Shown: positions 1-9,431 of the stretch, piece by piece
Layout of the letters: the number at the start of each line of letters is the position of its first letter
How positions within the stretch are numbered: the first letter of the stretch is position 1
From: an uncultured Hydromonas sp.
Lineage (GTDB): Bacteria; Pseudomonadota; Gammaproteobacteria; Burkholderiales; Burkholderiaceae
Assembly: GCA_964481695.1 (NCBI GenBank)
Contig: CAYZVI010000001.1
Location: 1-45,336, forward strand
Reading direction: 5' to 3'
DNA length: 45,336 bases
Made by a program: the position numbers and the translations under genes
Notes under the pieces: model-generated
Database searches by the model: none
Seen by the model: only the letters and a program-made list of their open reading frames with translations
What the model was told of the DNA's origin: nothing

Positions 1-1199
1 TCTGCCGTCCAGCCCAATTGATTCAGATTAAGTAACAGTGTTTTTTTCAATGGAATGATGCGGCCGTAATCTGCACCATCTACAGGTTTTTGCAGAACGC
101 TACTTTTTTCCAGTTCGGCACCGGCGGTAGTGATGTCGCTGGCATTCTGTGGGATTTCCACCAGCATCAGCCAGTTGAATACCTTACCGTTTGCGCCGCT
201 GCCTTGCTCAATGGTGATGAAGCGATTTTGTCCCAGTGCGACCAGATCGCCGAGCTTGGCATTGCCGGTTTTGCCACCCTTGTAGTCATTGGCGTTGAGC
301 GGGTAGGCATACAGTTTAGAGCTTTCATTTTTTGGGTTAAACGCCAACCAGCGCACGAATGGTGCGTAGTTGTGCACGCTTTCGCTTTTGCCGGCAAGCT
401 CCACTTTGCCACCGCTCAGTGGGCTTTGCAAAAAGCCGTGAATCAGACCGCTACTGCGATCCAGTGCCAAGCCCTCCATGCCGCGATTCGGGCGACGTTT
501 GGATAAAATCATTGGCAGGTCGGTTGGTTGCGTACCGGGCGCGTATTTTTTCAGGATTTTTCCAGTTTTGGTATCCAGTTTGGCGATGAATGGGCCATAT
601 TCGTCGGAAATCCACAGGGTATTTTTGCCGTCGATGACGATACTTTCGGTATCCATGCCGTTCGCATCGTAGCGCAGTGGGCGCAGATTATCATCCAGTG
701 CGATTTCGCCGGATGAGCCGACACCTTGGGCAATCGGTAACCCGGTGATTACCGTTCCGTCATCACTGCGGATTGGGTGCAAAGCTGTCACGCGTGCCTG
801 ATTGTTTTTCACTGAAATGTTAGCGATGGCAGGAGAAAAATCGGGCGTGGAGAAAATTTTGCTGTCGAGGGTTTTATCGCCACGCTGTACTTTCGGACCG
901 TCGCCATTCGGACCACGGTCGGTGATGCTCAAAAAAGTGAGCGAGCCATCAGCTGCTTTGCCCTGAAATGCCAGACCTGAGCCAACCGCAGGTACAAATC
1001 CTTTGGAGAATGCTTGACGAACGGCTGCTGATGCGCCAACGTATGGGACGTAGTCCGCAGTGGGTACTTGCAGCTCCATTTTTTTCAATTGGATGCGTTC
1101 TGGGTTTTCCAGTGCGGTATTGGGTTCGGCGTGCGCAGACAAAGCAAAGGCGCACAGCAGAGCAAGTGCGCCGGAGGATAGTAATTGAGAATGTTTCAT
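1..1199 (-). CDS. Secreted phytase-like esterase family protein (beta-propeller, PF13449-like); C-terminus lies beyond the window start
   Basis: An uninterrupted minus-strand frame runs from ATG at 1199 to the window edge. It is absent from the ORF track because no stop lies in the window. The N-terminus MKHSQLLSSGALALLCAFALSAHA/EP is a Sec signal peptide. Internal blocks ITDRGPNGDG, LWISDEYGPFI and NRGMEGLAL resemble the 'esterase-like activity of phytase' family (recalled, not searched). A GGAG Shine-Dalgarno sits 5 nt before the ATG. Confidence 0.7.
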   Translation of the reverse strand, partial: MKHSQLLSSGALALLCAFALSAHAEPNTALENPERIQLKKMELQVPTADYVPYVGASAAVRQAFSKGFVPAVGSGLAFQGKAADGSLTFLSITDRGPNGDGPKVQRGDKTLDSKIFSTPDFSPAIANISVKNNQARVTALHPIRSDDGTVITGLPIAQGVGSSGEIALDDNLRPLRYDANGMDTESIVIDGKNTLWISDEYGPFIAKLDTKTGKILKKYAPGTQPTDLPMILSKRRPNRGMEGLALDRSSGLIHGFLQSPLSGGKVELAGKSESVHNYAPFVRWLAFNPKNESSKLYAYPLNANDYKGGKTGNAKLGDLVALGQNRFITIEQGSGANGKVFNWLMLVEIPQNASDITTAGAELEKSSVLQKPVDGADYGRIIPLKKTLLLNLNQLGWTA

Positions 1200-1231
1200 G
1201 ATGGCTCCGGTCAGTAGAAATGTAGCCATGC

Positions 1232-1265
1232 ATTTTAAGATGTAAAAATGACCGTTCTATGACAA
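1232..1265 (-). promoter_or_regulatory. Putative PhoB-dependent promoter (Pho box plus -10) of the phytase-like esterase gene
   Basis: The minus strand reads TTGTCAT AGAA CGGTCAT (1265->1248), then 10 nt, then TAAAAT (1237->1232). This is the same geometry as the pstS promoter at 4617-4650 and as the E. coli Pho box CTGTCAT-AWAW-CTGTCAY. Confidence 0.55.
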
Positions 1266-1308
1266 TGTCACGTCATGGTCATTTTAGAAGGGTGAGTTGA
1301 TTGACTGC

Positions 1309-1755
1309 TTATTTCGTGCCGGTGCTGCCAAAGCCGCCTGCACCGCGATCAGATACGTCAAATTCCTCAACCAGATTAAATTGTGCTTGTACTACGGGTA
1401 CGATAACCATCTGCGCGATGCGTTCAAATGGTTCGATGGTGAACGTGGTATTGCCACGGTTCCAAGTCGATACCATGAGTTCACCTTGATAATCCGAGTC
1501 AATCAGGCCGACGAGGTTACCCAGCACCACGCCGTGTTTGTGTCCCAGACCGCTGCGTGGCAGGATCATGGCGGCGTAGTTGGCATCGGCCAAATGAATC
1601 GCCAAACCTGTGGGGATGAGTACGGTTTGACCCGGTTCGAGGGTGATTTTTTCGCTAATACAGGCGCGAAGATCCAAGCCGGCACTGCCTGCTGTGGCAT
1701 AATGCGGCAGTTGGTCTTTGATCAGCGGATTGATGATTTTGATGTCGATGTGCAT
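1309..1755 (-). CDS. dut: dUTP diphosphatase
   Basis: A 148-aa ORF carries the conserved dUTPase motifs [31 protein letters not shown] and [10 protein letters not shown]. Confidence 0.97.
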   Translation of the reverse strand: MHIDIKIINPLIKDQLPHYATAGSAGLDLRACISEKITLEPGQTVLIPTGLAIHLADANYAAMILPRSGLGHKHGVVLGNLVGLIDSDYQGELMVSTWNRGNTTFTIEPFERIAQMVIVPVVQAQFNLVEEFDVSDRGAGGFGSTGTK

Positions 1756-1839
1756 GGTGTGCTTTCGTTATAATATAAAAAAACCGTGCTATTTTAAACG
1801 AAGCGCATGGTGCGTTCCGTGTTTTTTGGACAGATTTTG

Positions 1840-2325
1840 ATGAGGGCTTTTAAGATTCCGCGTTCGGTTTTGGTGTTGATTCACACGCCGGATTTACAAT
1901 TTTTACTGCTCAAACGCGCACCTAAGGATGTGAAGGGCGAGTTTGATGTGGATTTTTGGCAATCGGTGACCGGTAGTCTGGATGCGCTGGATGAGCCGCC
2001 GTTGCTCGCGGCCAAGCGAGAGCTGTTTGAGGAAACGGGTTTGAACGCCGATGAATACATCTTCCGTGATTTACAGCACGCGTTGGAGTACGAGATTTTT
2101 GAGCAGTGGCGCTATCGTTACGCGCCGGGTGTGATGTACAACACCGAGTATCAGTTCGCCGTGTGTGTGCCGAATACGCAGGTGGCGGTGCGGCTGGCGC
2201 CGAATGAGCATGTGGCGTATCAGTGGTTGCCGTTTGAGCAGGCGGCGGATCTGTGCTTTTCGTGGAATAACGCTGGTGCGATTCGGCGTGTGGCAGCGGA
2301 GTTGTCCGAGCAGAAGTTTGATTGA
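1840..2325 (+). CDS. nudB: Dihydroneopterin triphosphate diphosphatase (Nudix hydrolase NudB)
   Basis: The Nudix box is KRELFEETGL. The blocks FWQSVTG, RYAPGV..NTE and EHVAYQWL align with E. coli NudB as I recall it. The ORF track starts at 1807, but the in-frame ATG at 1840 (MRAFKIPRSVLVLI) matches the NudB N-terminus better. Confidence 0.85.
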   Translation: MRAFKIPRSVLVLIHTPDLQFLLLKRAPKDVKGEFDVDFWQSVTGSLDALDEPPLLAAKRELFEETGLNADEYIFRDLQHALEYEIFEQWRYRYAPGVMYNTEYQFAVCVPNTQVAVRLAPNEHVAYQWLPFEQAADLCFSWNNAGAIRRVAAELSEQKFD

Positions 2326-2347
2326 GTTGTGCTTATATTGGGAAAAT

Positions 2348-2384
2348 AAGGCGGTCTCAAATTCGAGCCGCCTTTTGTTTTTTT
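2348..2384. terminator. Rho-independent terminator between convergent nudB and the DUF4298-like gene
   Basis: AAGGCGG(t)CTC / GAGCCGCCTT forms a 10-bp stem with one bulge, followed by TTTGTTTTTTT. Confidence 0.75.
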
Positions 2385-2393
2385 AGAGATTTT

Positions 2394-2717
2394 TTATTGC
2401 AGCAAATCGACCAAATGCTTGATCATTTCTTTGCTCTCCCGTTGCGTGTCGTCCAATAGATTCCAAATGGTGTCTTGTCCCAAAATAGAGTAGTGACCTT
2501 CGGACACGCGTTCCATTAATCGCTTGGCTAATTCGGGGTTTGTCTCTACCTGTTCAATATCCAGCATCCAATCATTCTGATAATAGTTAAATAATTCACT
2601 TAGGCGCTTGTGAATATCGGGTAGACGCTGGTTGAGCTCCTGCAAGGCTTGAATTTCACTTTGCAATTGCTCGTAGTTTTGTTGAATTTTAGTAAGTTTT
2701 TCTTCTAAATGAGGCAT
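2394..2717 (-). CDS. Small coiled-coil protein, DUF4298-like
   Basis: A 107-aa ORF has a heptad-rich N-half (LTKIQQNYEQLQSEIQALQELNQRL) and an NYYQNDWMLDIE motif reminiscent of DUF4298. It starts 13 nt after the preceding gene in the operon. The family assignment is from memory only. Confidence 0.6.
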   Translation of the reverse strand: MPHLEEKLTKIQQNYEQLQSEIQALQELNQRLPDIHKRLSELFNYYQNDWMLDIEQVETNPELAKRLMERVSEGHYSILGQDTIWNLLDDTQRESKEMIKHLVDLLQ

Positions 2718-2730
2718 GATTTTCTATGGC

Positions 2731-3168
2731 TTAACGAGGTAAAGTGCAACTACTGTTGATGCGAATGCGTGGATAGGCCGCATCATTGGTGCGCTGCCAT
2801 ACAGTCACGCAGTCGTTAACGTTGAATTCGTCAGCGGTTTGCACGATCAGGGTTTCGTTCGGGTTGGTTTGTACCGTATAGCGATACATGACTTCTGGTG
2901 AGCTCAGTTGTCCGATGTTTAAAATTTGCGCCAAACCAAAGGTAACACCCCAGCCAACATGTCCACCGCCACCACCGATACCGACATTCACGTCTACCGG
3001 ACTGCTGCGACGCTCTGAGTATTGCTGAATGGTTTGTTTTTGTGTGATTTTGCCAAGGGTAGCACGTGCATCCGCTGCCGGTGATTGTGAATTGCTGTTG
3101 GTTGCGCAAGCCGCTAAAGTGAGACTGATGAGGCTGATGCTGAGAATGTTTTTGAGTGTTTGTTTCAT
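2731..3168 (-). CDS. Lipoprotein with a glycine-zipper segment
   Basis: The signal peptide plus lipobox is LISLTLAAC. A GIGGGGGHVGWGVTFGL glycine zipper is present. There is no closer family call. Confidence 0.75.
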   Translation of the reverse strand: MKQTLKNILSISLISLTLAACATNSNSQSPAADARATLGKITQKQTIQQYSERRSSPVDVNVGIGGGGGHVGWGVTFGLAQILNIGQLSSPEVMYRYTVQTNPNETLIVQTADEFNVNDCVTVWQRTNDAAYPRIRINSSCTLPR

Positions 3169-3206
3169 GGTGTGCTCCGATCTGCTGTGTGTGTTGAAAT
3201 ATATAA

Positions 3207-3770
3207 TTAACGAATTCGCTTTGCTCCGTTAAAACGCTTTTGCCAGTAGTCCAGCGTGTAATCCTCTACACGAACAGCGCCACCGCTACTCGGAGCGTGA
3301 ACAAAATACGTCTGACCCAAATAGATACCGACATGTGAGTTAGCTTCGCCAGAGGTGTTAAAAAACAGTAAATCTCCGGCTCTGACGTTATTCAAATCAA
3401 TATCATTGCCGTAACTGGCTTGCTCCGTAGCTCGGCGCGGAAGATTTACATTCAGGCTTTTTTTACTCGCGTATTGCACCAAGCCAGAACAGTCAAATCC
3501 TTCCGCAGGCGAACTACCACCATAGCGATAGGGCGTGCCGAGAAGGTTCATGGCATATACCGCAACATCACGATTAGGACCTGCGGCAACGCTGATATTT
3601 TGCGGTGTTTTGCCTTTGTATTTGCCATGGCGAGTCGGAGCACTGGTTGAACACGCACTGACCGATGCTGCCAAGGTCAGTGCTAATAAACCACGACTGA
3701 GCCACTGCAAACGGTCAGGGCTTTGGTTTTTTGTATGGTTTGAGCTTTTTGCGATAGGGATGATGATCAT
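3207..3770 (-). CDS. NlpC/P60 (C40) peptidoglycan endopeptidase lipoprotein
   Basis: GTPYRYGGSSPAEGFDCSGLVQYA carries the catalytic Cys, and SHVGIYLG..FVHAPS carries the His. The lipobox is LAASVSAC. I place the start at ATG 3770, which overlaps the xthA stop as ATGA, rather than at the track start 3794. Confidence 0.88.
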   Translation of the reverse strand: MIIIPIAKSSNHTKNQSPDRLQWLSRGLLALTLAASVSACSTSAPTRHGKYKGKTPQNISVAAGPNRDVAVYAMNLLGTPYRYGGSSPAEGFDCSGLVQYASKKSLNVNLPRRATEQASYGNDIDLNNVRAGDLLFFNTSGEANSHVGIYLGQTYFVHAPSSGGAVRVEDYTLDYWQKRFNGAKRIR

Positions 3771-4540
3771 GCTGCAATATCCAATTGTGCCCACACCGGC
3801 GTATGATCGGAGGGCTGCTCATGGCGACGAGGTTCTTTGTCAATAACACATTTAATGCACGATTGCGCTAATGGTTGACTGAGTAAAATGTGGTCAATCC
3901 TCAATCCAGCATTGCGACGAAACGCCATTTGCCGGTAATCCCACCATGAAAATGATTTTTCAGGCTGTTCAAATAATCTAAATGCGTCGGTGAGCCCCAA
4001 ATCAATTAGTTTTTGGAATGCTGCGCGTTCTTGGGGAGAAACGAGATTGCAGCCCAACCATTTATCAGGGTTGTGCACGTCTGCATCGGTAGGCGCAATG
4101 TTGAAATCGCCCAGTAGTGCGAGTTTCGGATATTTTTTTAGCTCTTGCGTGAGAAATTCAGTGAGTGCGGTCAACCAGTTTAATTTATAGGTAAATTTTT
4201 CACTGTCCAAGGATTGGCCATTGACGATGTAGGTATTGATGATACGGACATCGTTGATGGTTGCGCAAATCACGCGCTTTTGCTCATCCTCGAAATTCGG
4301 TAGGTTCTTTTGTACATCGCTTTGCTCGGTGCGACTGATGATCGCCACACCATTGTAGGTTTTTTGTCCGACAAATGAAACGTGCAATCCTGCATCGGTA
4401 AACGCTGCCTGAGGGAAGACATCATCCGTCATTTTGGTCTCTTGCAGGCAAAGTACGTCGATGTCGGTGTGCTGCATGTAGTCAAGAACCTGTGGTAGGC
4501 GAACTTTGAGTGAGTTGACATTCCAAGTGGCTATTTTCAT
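3767..4540 (-). CDS. xthA: Exodeoxyribonuclease III
   Basis: A 257-aa ORF shows MKIATWNVNSLKVRL, LCLQETK, GDFNIAPTD and SDHTPVWA, which are typical of the ExoIII/APE1 EEP family. Confidence 0.95.
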   Translation of the reverse strand: MKIATWNVNSLKVRLPQVLDYMQHTDIDVLCLQETKMTDDVFPQAAFTDAGLHVSFVGQKTYNGVAIISRTEQSDVQKNLPNFEDEQKRVICATINDVRIINTYIVNGQSLDSEKFTYKLNWLTALTEFLTQELKKYPKLALLGDFNIAPTDADVHNPDKWLGCNLVSPQERAAFQKLIDLGLTDAFRLFEQPEKSFSWWDYRQMAFRRNAGLRIDHILLSQPLAQSCIKCVIDKEPRRHEQPSDHTPVWAQLDIAA

Positions 4541-4604
4541 TTTTAATTCCTAAAAGATACAGCCATCATTATGCCGAAAAAACAACGCGCACACATTAAA
4601 TGAC

Positions 4605-4650
4605 GTGTTCATGTTTATGTCACGAAATTGTCATATTAGGGAAATATAGT
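4605..4650 (+). promoter_or_regulatory. Pho box promoter of the pst operon
   Basis: ATGTCAC GAAA TTGTCAT (4617-4634) is followed by 10 nt and then TATAGT (4645-4650). A degenerate third repeat, GTGTTCAT, lies one helical turn upstream (4605-4612). Confidence 0.8.
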
Positions 4651-4769
4651 GTCGGCAGTTGGCTTGTTGTGCAGATAAAAACGTATTGAATGATGAGTGA
4701 GTTATCAGCAAAGCAACAGTTTATCTGTTTAATTGATTAAATTTTATAGCGTTTTTTTAGGAGAAAACG

Positions 4770-5834
4770 ATGCGAGTTAAATATTTATTGTCAGGTGTGG
4801 CTGCCGTTGTGTTGTCTATGTCTTTGATCGGCTGTGGCGGTCAATCAGGCGGCGAGCAAAAAGCGGCTACTGCTGGTTTGAACGGCTCAGGCGCGACTTT
4901 CCCAGCTCCTGTTTACACCAAGTGGGCATCTGATTACAAAGCAGCTACAGGTATGGCTGTGAACTATCAAGGTACTGGCTCAAGCGCAGGTATCGATGCG
5001 ATCAAAAAGAAAACCGTTGATTTCGGTGCAACTGATGCGCCTTTGAAAGGTGAAGATCTGGATGCGGCTGGTTTGGTTCAGTTCCCAGCGGTAATCGGTG
5101 GTGTGGTTCCTGTATATAACATTGAAGGCGTAGGTTCTTTGGCTTTGGATGGTGCTGTTTTGGGTGACATCTACTTGATGAAAATCAAAAAATGGAATGA
5201 TCCAGCGATTGCTAAATTGAATGCGGGCGTGAAATTACCTGATTTGGAAATCAAAGTAGTACGTCGTTCTGATGGCTCAGGTACAACACACATGTTTACT
5301 GACTATTTGGCACAAGTGAACGAAGGTTGGAAAGCCATCGGTGCGAGCAAAGAGCCTAAATGGGCTGAAGGTACTGTGGGTGGTAAAGGTAACGATGGTG
5401 TTGCTGCGAGCGTGAAACAGTTGCCAGGTGCGATTGGTTACGTTGAGTACGCGTATGCGAAGAAAAATGGTATGCCAGCAGCTTCATTGGTCAATAAAGA
5501 CGGTAAAGTTGTTGCGCCAACAGCAGAAGCATTTGCCGCTGCTGCAGCTACAGCAGACTGGTCTGCTAAACCAGGTATGGGTATTTCTTTGAACAATCAA
5601 GCAGGTGAGAAAACTTGGCCAATCACGGGTGCAACGTTCATCTTGATGCAAAAGAAAACTGATAACGCGAAAAACTCAGCTGAAGTGTTGAAATTTTTTG
5701 ACTGGGCATTGACCAAAGGTCAAGCGCAAGCCTCTGCTTTAGAATACATCCCATTGCCAGACGCTGTCGTTGCCAAAATCAAAGACAGCTGGAAGCAAAT
5801 CACTGATGCTTCAGGCAAAGCAGTAGCACAATAA
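4770..5834 (+). CDS. pstS: Phosphate ABC transporter substrate-binding protein (lipoprotein form)
   Basis: A 354-aa ORF has the lipobox LIGCGG and PstS blocks GSGATFPAPVY, YQGTGSSAGI and RSDGSGTT. Confidence 0.95.
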   Translation: MRVKYLLSGVAAVVLSMSLIGCGGQSGGEQKAATAGLNGSGATFPAPVYTKWASDYKAATGMAVNYQGTGSSAGIDAIKKKTVDFGATDAPLKGEDLDAAGLVQFPAVIGGVVPVYNIEGVGSLALDGAVLGDIYLMKIKKWNDPAIAKLNAGVKLPDLEIKVVRRSDGSGTTHMFTDYLAQVNEGWKAIGASKEPKWAEGTVGGKGNDGVAASVKQLPGAIGYVEYAYAKKNGMPAASLVNKDGKVVAPTAEAFAAAAATADWSAKPGMGISLNNQAGEKTWPITGATFILMQKKTDNAKNSAEVLKFFDWALTKGQAQASALEYIPLPDAVVAKIKDSWKQITDASGKAVAQ

Positions 5835-5873
5835 TTGATTCGGCTGATCTCATTGACAGCAGGACAAAGTGAG

Positions 5874-5906
5874 AAAGGCCGGATTGAAATAACTCCGGCC
5901 TTTTTT
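5874..5906 (+). terminator. Intra-operon hairpin/attenuator after pstS
   Basis: AAAGGCCGGA ... TCCGGCCTTTTTT is a GC-rich stem plus a T6 run. This is typical uncoupling of pstS from pstCAB expression. Confidence 0.75.
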
Positions 5907-5961
5907 ACACTAAGTAGTAACCATATGTGACCGCGCAAGTTTTGATGCGATAAACCAAAAG

Positions 5962-6954
5962 GTGAATAGGGTGAATACGACACAAAGCTTACCTAACGGA
6001 AAGAATTTAGATGCGCCAGTGGTGACATCCAAAATTCATCCGAATCCGTGGGTAGATAAAGGATTTAAATGGCTGACCGAGGCAAATGCTTGGTTGGTGT
6101 TGATTTTGTTGGCAGGGATTATCATTTCCCTGATTTTTGGTTCGATGCCGACTTGGAAAAGCCAAGGCATTGGGTTTTTGACACGTGAGCAGTGGGATAC
6201 CGCTGCGGGCCAGTTTGGTGCCTTGGGTCCAGTGGCAGGGACTTTGATTACTTCGGGCATTGCGATTTTCTTGGCTTTGCCGATCAGTATCGGTATCGCC
6301 ATGTTTTTGACTGAGTTGGCGCCCGCATGGCTGCGTCGTCCTTTGGGTACAGCCATTGAGCTGCTGGCGGCGATTCCTTCAATTATCTACGGTATGTGGG
6401 GCTTGTTTATTATTGCCCCATTGTTTATTAAATACATTCAACCGGCTTTGGCTGCGACATTGGGTAAATTACCGCTGATTGGGACGTTGTTCTCTGGTCC
6501 TGCTCTGGGTGTGGGTGTTTTGACCGCAGGTGTGGTGCTGGCGATCATGATTGTGCCGTTCATTACTGCGGTATTGCGTGATGTATTCAGTCTCGTACCG
6601 GCGATGCTCAAAGAGTCAGCTTACGGCTTGGGCGCAACCACGTGGGAAGTGGTGCGTAACATCGTGATTCCACACACAAAAATCGGTATGGTCGGTGGTG
6701 TGATGCTCGGTTTGGGACGCGCGCTGGGTGAAACCATGGCAGTAACCTTTGTGATCGGTAATGCACATGGCTTGAATCTGTCTCTGTTTGCGCCGGGTAA
6801 TAGTATTGCATCTACATTGGCCAATGAGTTTAACGAAGCGAGTTCGGATGAGCACCGTTCGGCATTGTTGGCTTTGGCGCTGGTGTTGTTCTTGATTACC
6901 ACCATTGTGTTGGGCTTTGCGAAATGGCTGATTTCGCGCACAGAAAGTCATTAA
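5962..6954 (+). CDS. pstC: Phosphate ABC transporter permease PstC
   Basis: A multi-TM ORF carries the EAA-type loop (ESAYGLGATTWEV) and keeps the conserved order pstS-C-A-B. It has a GTG start. Confidence 0.93.
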   Translation: MNRVNTTQSLPNGKNLDAPVVTSKIHPNPWVDKGFKWLTEANAWLVLILLAGIIISLIFGSMPTWKSQGIGFLTREQWDTAAGQFGALGPVAGTLITSGIAIFLALPISIGIAMFLTELAPAWLRRPLGTAIELLAAIPSIIYGMWGLFIIAPLFIKYIQPALAATLGKLPLIGTLFSGPALGVGVLTAGVVLAIMIVPFITAVLRDVFSLVPAMLKESAYGLGATTWEVVRNIVIPHTKIGMVGGVMLGLGRALGETMAVTFVIGNAHGLNLSLFAPGNSIASTLANEFNEASSDEHRSALLALALVLFLITTIVLGFAKWLISRTESH

Positions 6955-6971
6955 GGCGCGGGAGATAGAAG

Positions 6972-7844
6972 ATGAATGTCGAACAATTAATGAATAACCC
7001 GCTGTATCGCCGTCGTAAGTGGACGAATACGTTGATGTTGTTTTTCGCTGGCGTAGCCATTGTGGTCGGGCTGTTTTGGTTGATGTGGATCATGTGGACG
7101 CTGTTTTCCAAAGGTTTGGCTGCTTTGAGTCCAACTTTGTTCACGCAAATCACTCCGCCTGCCGGTGAAACCGGTGGTGGTTTGTCCAATGCGATTGTGG
7201 GCAGTGTGCTGATGGTATTGGTTGCGACTTTGGTGACAACGCCGATTGGTGTGCTTGCGGGGACTTATTTGGCTGAGTATGGTCGCAACAATAAATTGAC
7301 CCGTACGGTGCGCTTTATCAACGATATTTTGTTGTCTGCGCCATCGATCGTGGTCGGTATGTTTGTGTTCCTGGTCGCGTATTATGGTTTGGGTTTGCGT
7401 CAAAATGCTTACTCTGGCTGGGCGGGTGCTTTTGCTTTGGCCATCATTATGTTGCCAGTCGTGGTGCGTACCACCGACGATATGCTCAAGCTCGTGCCCA
7501 ATACTTTGCGTGAAGCGGCCGTGGCGCTGGGTACGCCGTACTGGAAAATGATTTTTAAAATTGGCTATCGTGCAGCACGTACCGGTATGCTCACAGGTTT
7601 GTTACTGGGTGTGGCGCGTATTTTCGGTGAAACGGCTCCATTATTGTTTACCGCTTTTGGTAATAACTTCTGGAGCACCAATTTGAGTGAACGTATGGCG
7701 AGTTTGCCGCAAGTGATTAACCAGTTTGGCCTGTCGCCTGATGAAAACTGGAATAACTTGGCATGGGGCGGTGCGATTTTGATTACCTTGTTGGTGTTGC
7801 TGATTAATATCGTGACCCGTTGGTATTCATCCCGTTCAGAATAA
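6972..7844 (+). CDS. pstA: Phosphate ABC transporter permease PstA
   Basis: A multi-TM ORF has the EAA loop REAAVALGTPYWKM and GETAPLLFTA. Confidence 0.94.
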   Translation: MNVEQLMNNPLYRRRKWTNTLMLFFAGVAIVVGLFWLMWIMWTLFSKGLAALSPTLFTQITPPAGETGGGLSNAIVGSVLMVLVATLVTTPIGVLAGTYLAEYGRNNKLTRTVRFINDILLSAPSIVVGMFVFLVAYYGLGLRQNAYSGWAGAFALAIIMLPVVVRTTDDMLKLVPNTLREAAVALGTPYWKMIFKIGYRAARTGMLTGLLLGVARIFGETAPLLFTAFGNNFWSTNLSERMASLPQVINQFGLSPDENWNNLAWGGAILITLLVLLINIVTRWYSSRSE

Positions 7845-7872
7845 TTGACGCTTTGAAATTAAAAGGATTGCT

Positions 7873-8658
7873 ATGACAACCACTACTGTGAATTTGGCAC
7901 ACGAAACTCCGAAGATCGAGATTAAGAATCTGGATTTTTACTACGGCAAATATAAAGCATTAAAGAATATCAATCTGACCATTCCTGAGAAGAAAGTTAC
8001 GGCATTTATTGGTCCATCAGGTTGTGGTAAATCCACTTTGCTGCGCACGCTCAACCGTATGTTTGAGCTGTATCCTGAGCAGCGTGCTGAAGGCGAGATT
8101 AATTTTGATGGTGAAAATATCCTCAAATCTAAATTGGATATTGCCATTTTGCGTGCGAAAATTGGTATGGTGTTTCAAAAACCAACACCATTCCCGATGA
8201 GTATTTACGAAAATATTGCTTTCGGTGTGCGTTTGTTTGAAAAACTGTCCAAAGGTGAAATGGATGAGCGCGTCGAATGGGCGTTGCAAAAAGCGGCCTT
8301 GTGGACAGAGGTGAAAGATAAATTGCATCAGAGTGGTAATGGTTTGTCGGGTGGTCAGCAGCAGCGTTTGTGTATTGCGCGCGCGATTGCCGTTAAACCT
8401 GAAGTAATTTTATTGGACGAGCCGTGTTCCGCGTTGGATCCGATTTCTACGGCTAAAGTGGAGGAGTTGATCATTGAACTCAAAGAAGATTACACGGTGG
8501 TGATCGTGACGCACAATATGCAGCAAGCAGCGCGTGTGTCTGATTACACCACCTATATGTATTTGGGTGAAATGATTGAATTTGGCGAAACCCGTCAGAT
8601 GTTTATGAAACCGGCGCGTCAAGAGACCGAAGATTACATCACCGGACGTTTCGGTTAA
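7873..8658 (+). CDS. pstB: Phosphate ABC transporter ATP-binding protein
   Basis: Walker A is GPSGCGKST, the signature is LSGGQQQRL, and Walker B is ILLDEP. Confidence 0.97.
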   Translation: MTTTTVNLAHETPKIEIKNLDFYYGKYKALKNINLTIPEKKVTAFIGPSGCGKSTLLRTLNRMFELYPEQRAEGEINFDGENILKSKLDIAILRAKIGMVFQKPTPFPMSIYENIAFGVRLFEKLSKGEMDERVEWALQKAALWTEVKDKLHQSGNGLSGGQQQRLCIARAIAVKPEVILLDEPCSALDPISTAKVEELIIELKEDYTVVIVTHNMQQAARVSDYTTYMYLGEMIEFGETRQMFMKPARQETEDYITGRFG

Positions 8659-8701
8659 TTAAGCAGCACAAAGCTCAAACATTATCGAAAAGGAATACAA
8701 A

Positions 8702-9397
8702 ATGGTCGTACATACTTCAAAAAACTACGAAGAAGAATTGGAAAACCTACGCACTCGCGTGATGACCATGGGCGGGCGCGTGGAAAGCCAAGTGCGTTTG
8801 GCGATTTTGGCGTATAGCGAAGGTGATACACGCATTGCGCAACAGGTGTTGGATACCGAACGCGAAATCAATAAAGAGCAATTGAGCACCGATCAGATGT
8901 GCTCGGAAGTGATTGCACGTCGTCAGCCTGCGGCAAAAGACTTGCGTTTGTTGCTGGGTGTGATTCGTACCATTTCTGACTTGGAACGCATTGCCGATCA
9001 AGCGGCGAAAATTGCTAAATTGGTATTGCGTCATGAGCAACGTGGCGGATTGCCTCGTATTCACGGTACTTTCCAATCGGCTGAAATGGCGATGAGCATG
9101 CTAAGAAAAGCGCTGGATGCATTTGCTCGTGAAGATGGCAAGTCAGCCCGTGAGGTTATGAGCAGTGATTCTGAGTTGGATGCGCAATACATCGGCAGTA
9201 TGCGTCAACTGATCACTTACATGATGGAAGATCCACGTACGATTAGCGCGGCATTGGATGATTTGTGGGTGGCAAAAGCAGTTGAACGCATGGGTGATCA
9301 CGCGGAAAATATTGCTGAAGTTGCAATTTATATCGCAGAGGGTGAAGACGTGCGTTATAGTCAAGAAATAAACCCACAAAGTGTTGATCAGGAATAA
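8702..9397 (+). CDS. phoU: Phosphate signalling complex protein PhoU
   Basis: A 231-aa ORF shows the two-repeat PhoU helical bundle (ERIADQAAKIA / ERMGDHAENIAE). Confidence 0.95.
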   Translation: MVVHTSKNYEEELENLRTRVMTMGGRVESQVRLAILAYSEGDTRIAQQVLDTEREINKEQLSTDQMCSEVIARRQPAAKDLRLLLGVIRTISDLERIADQAAKIAKLVLRHEQRGGLPRIHGTFQSAEMAMSMLRKALDAFAREDGKSAREVMSSDSELDAQYIGSMRQLITYMMEDPRTISAALDDLWVAKAVERMGDHAENIAEVAIYIAEGEDVRYSQEINPQSVDQE

Positions 9398-9431
9398 TAA
9401 TAGTAATTCATTTTTTTAATAAGGATGAACG

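Noticed and set aside
90-1233. Track ORFs 90-506(+), 167-412(-), 359-589(+), 478-672(+), 528-716(+), 551-733(-), 949-1233(-) and 968-1201(+).
   Set aside because: All lie inside, or antisense to, a single uninterrupted minus-strand frame (1-1199). That frame has a signal peptide, an RBS and family-like motifs. The short ORFs have low-complexity, Arg/Cys-rich translations typical of off-frame noise.
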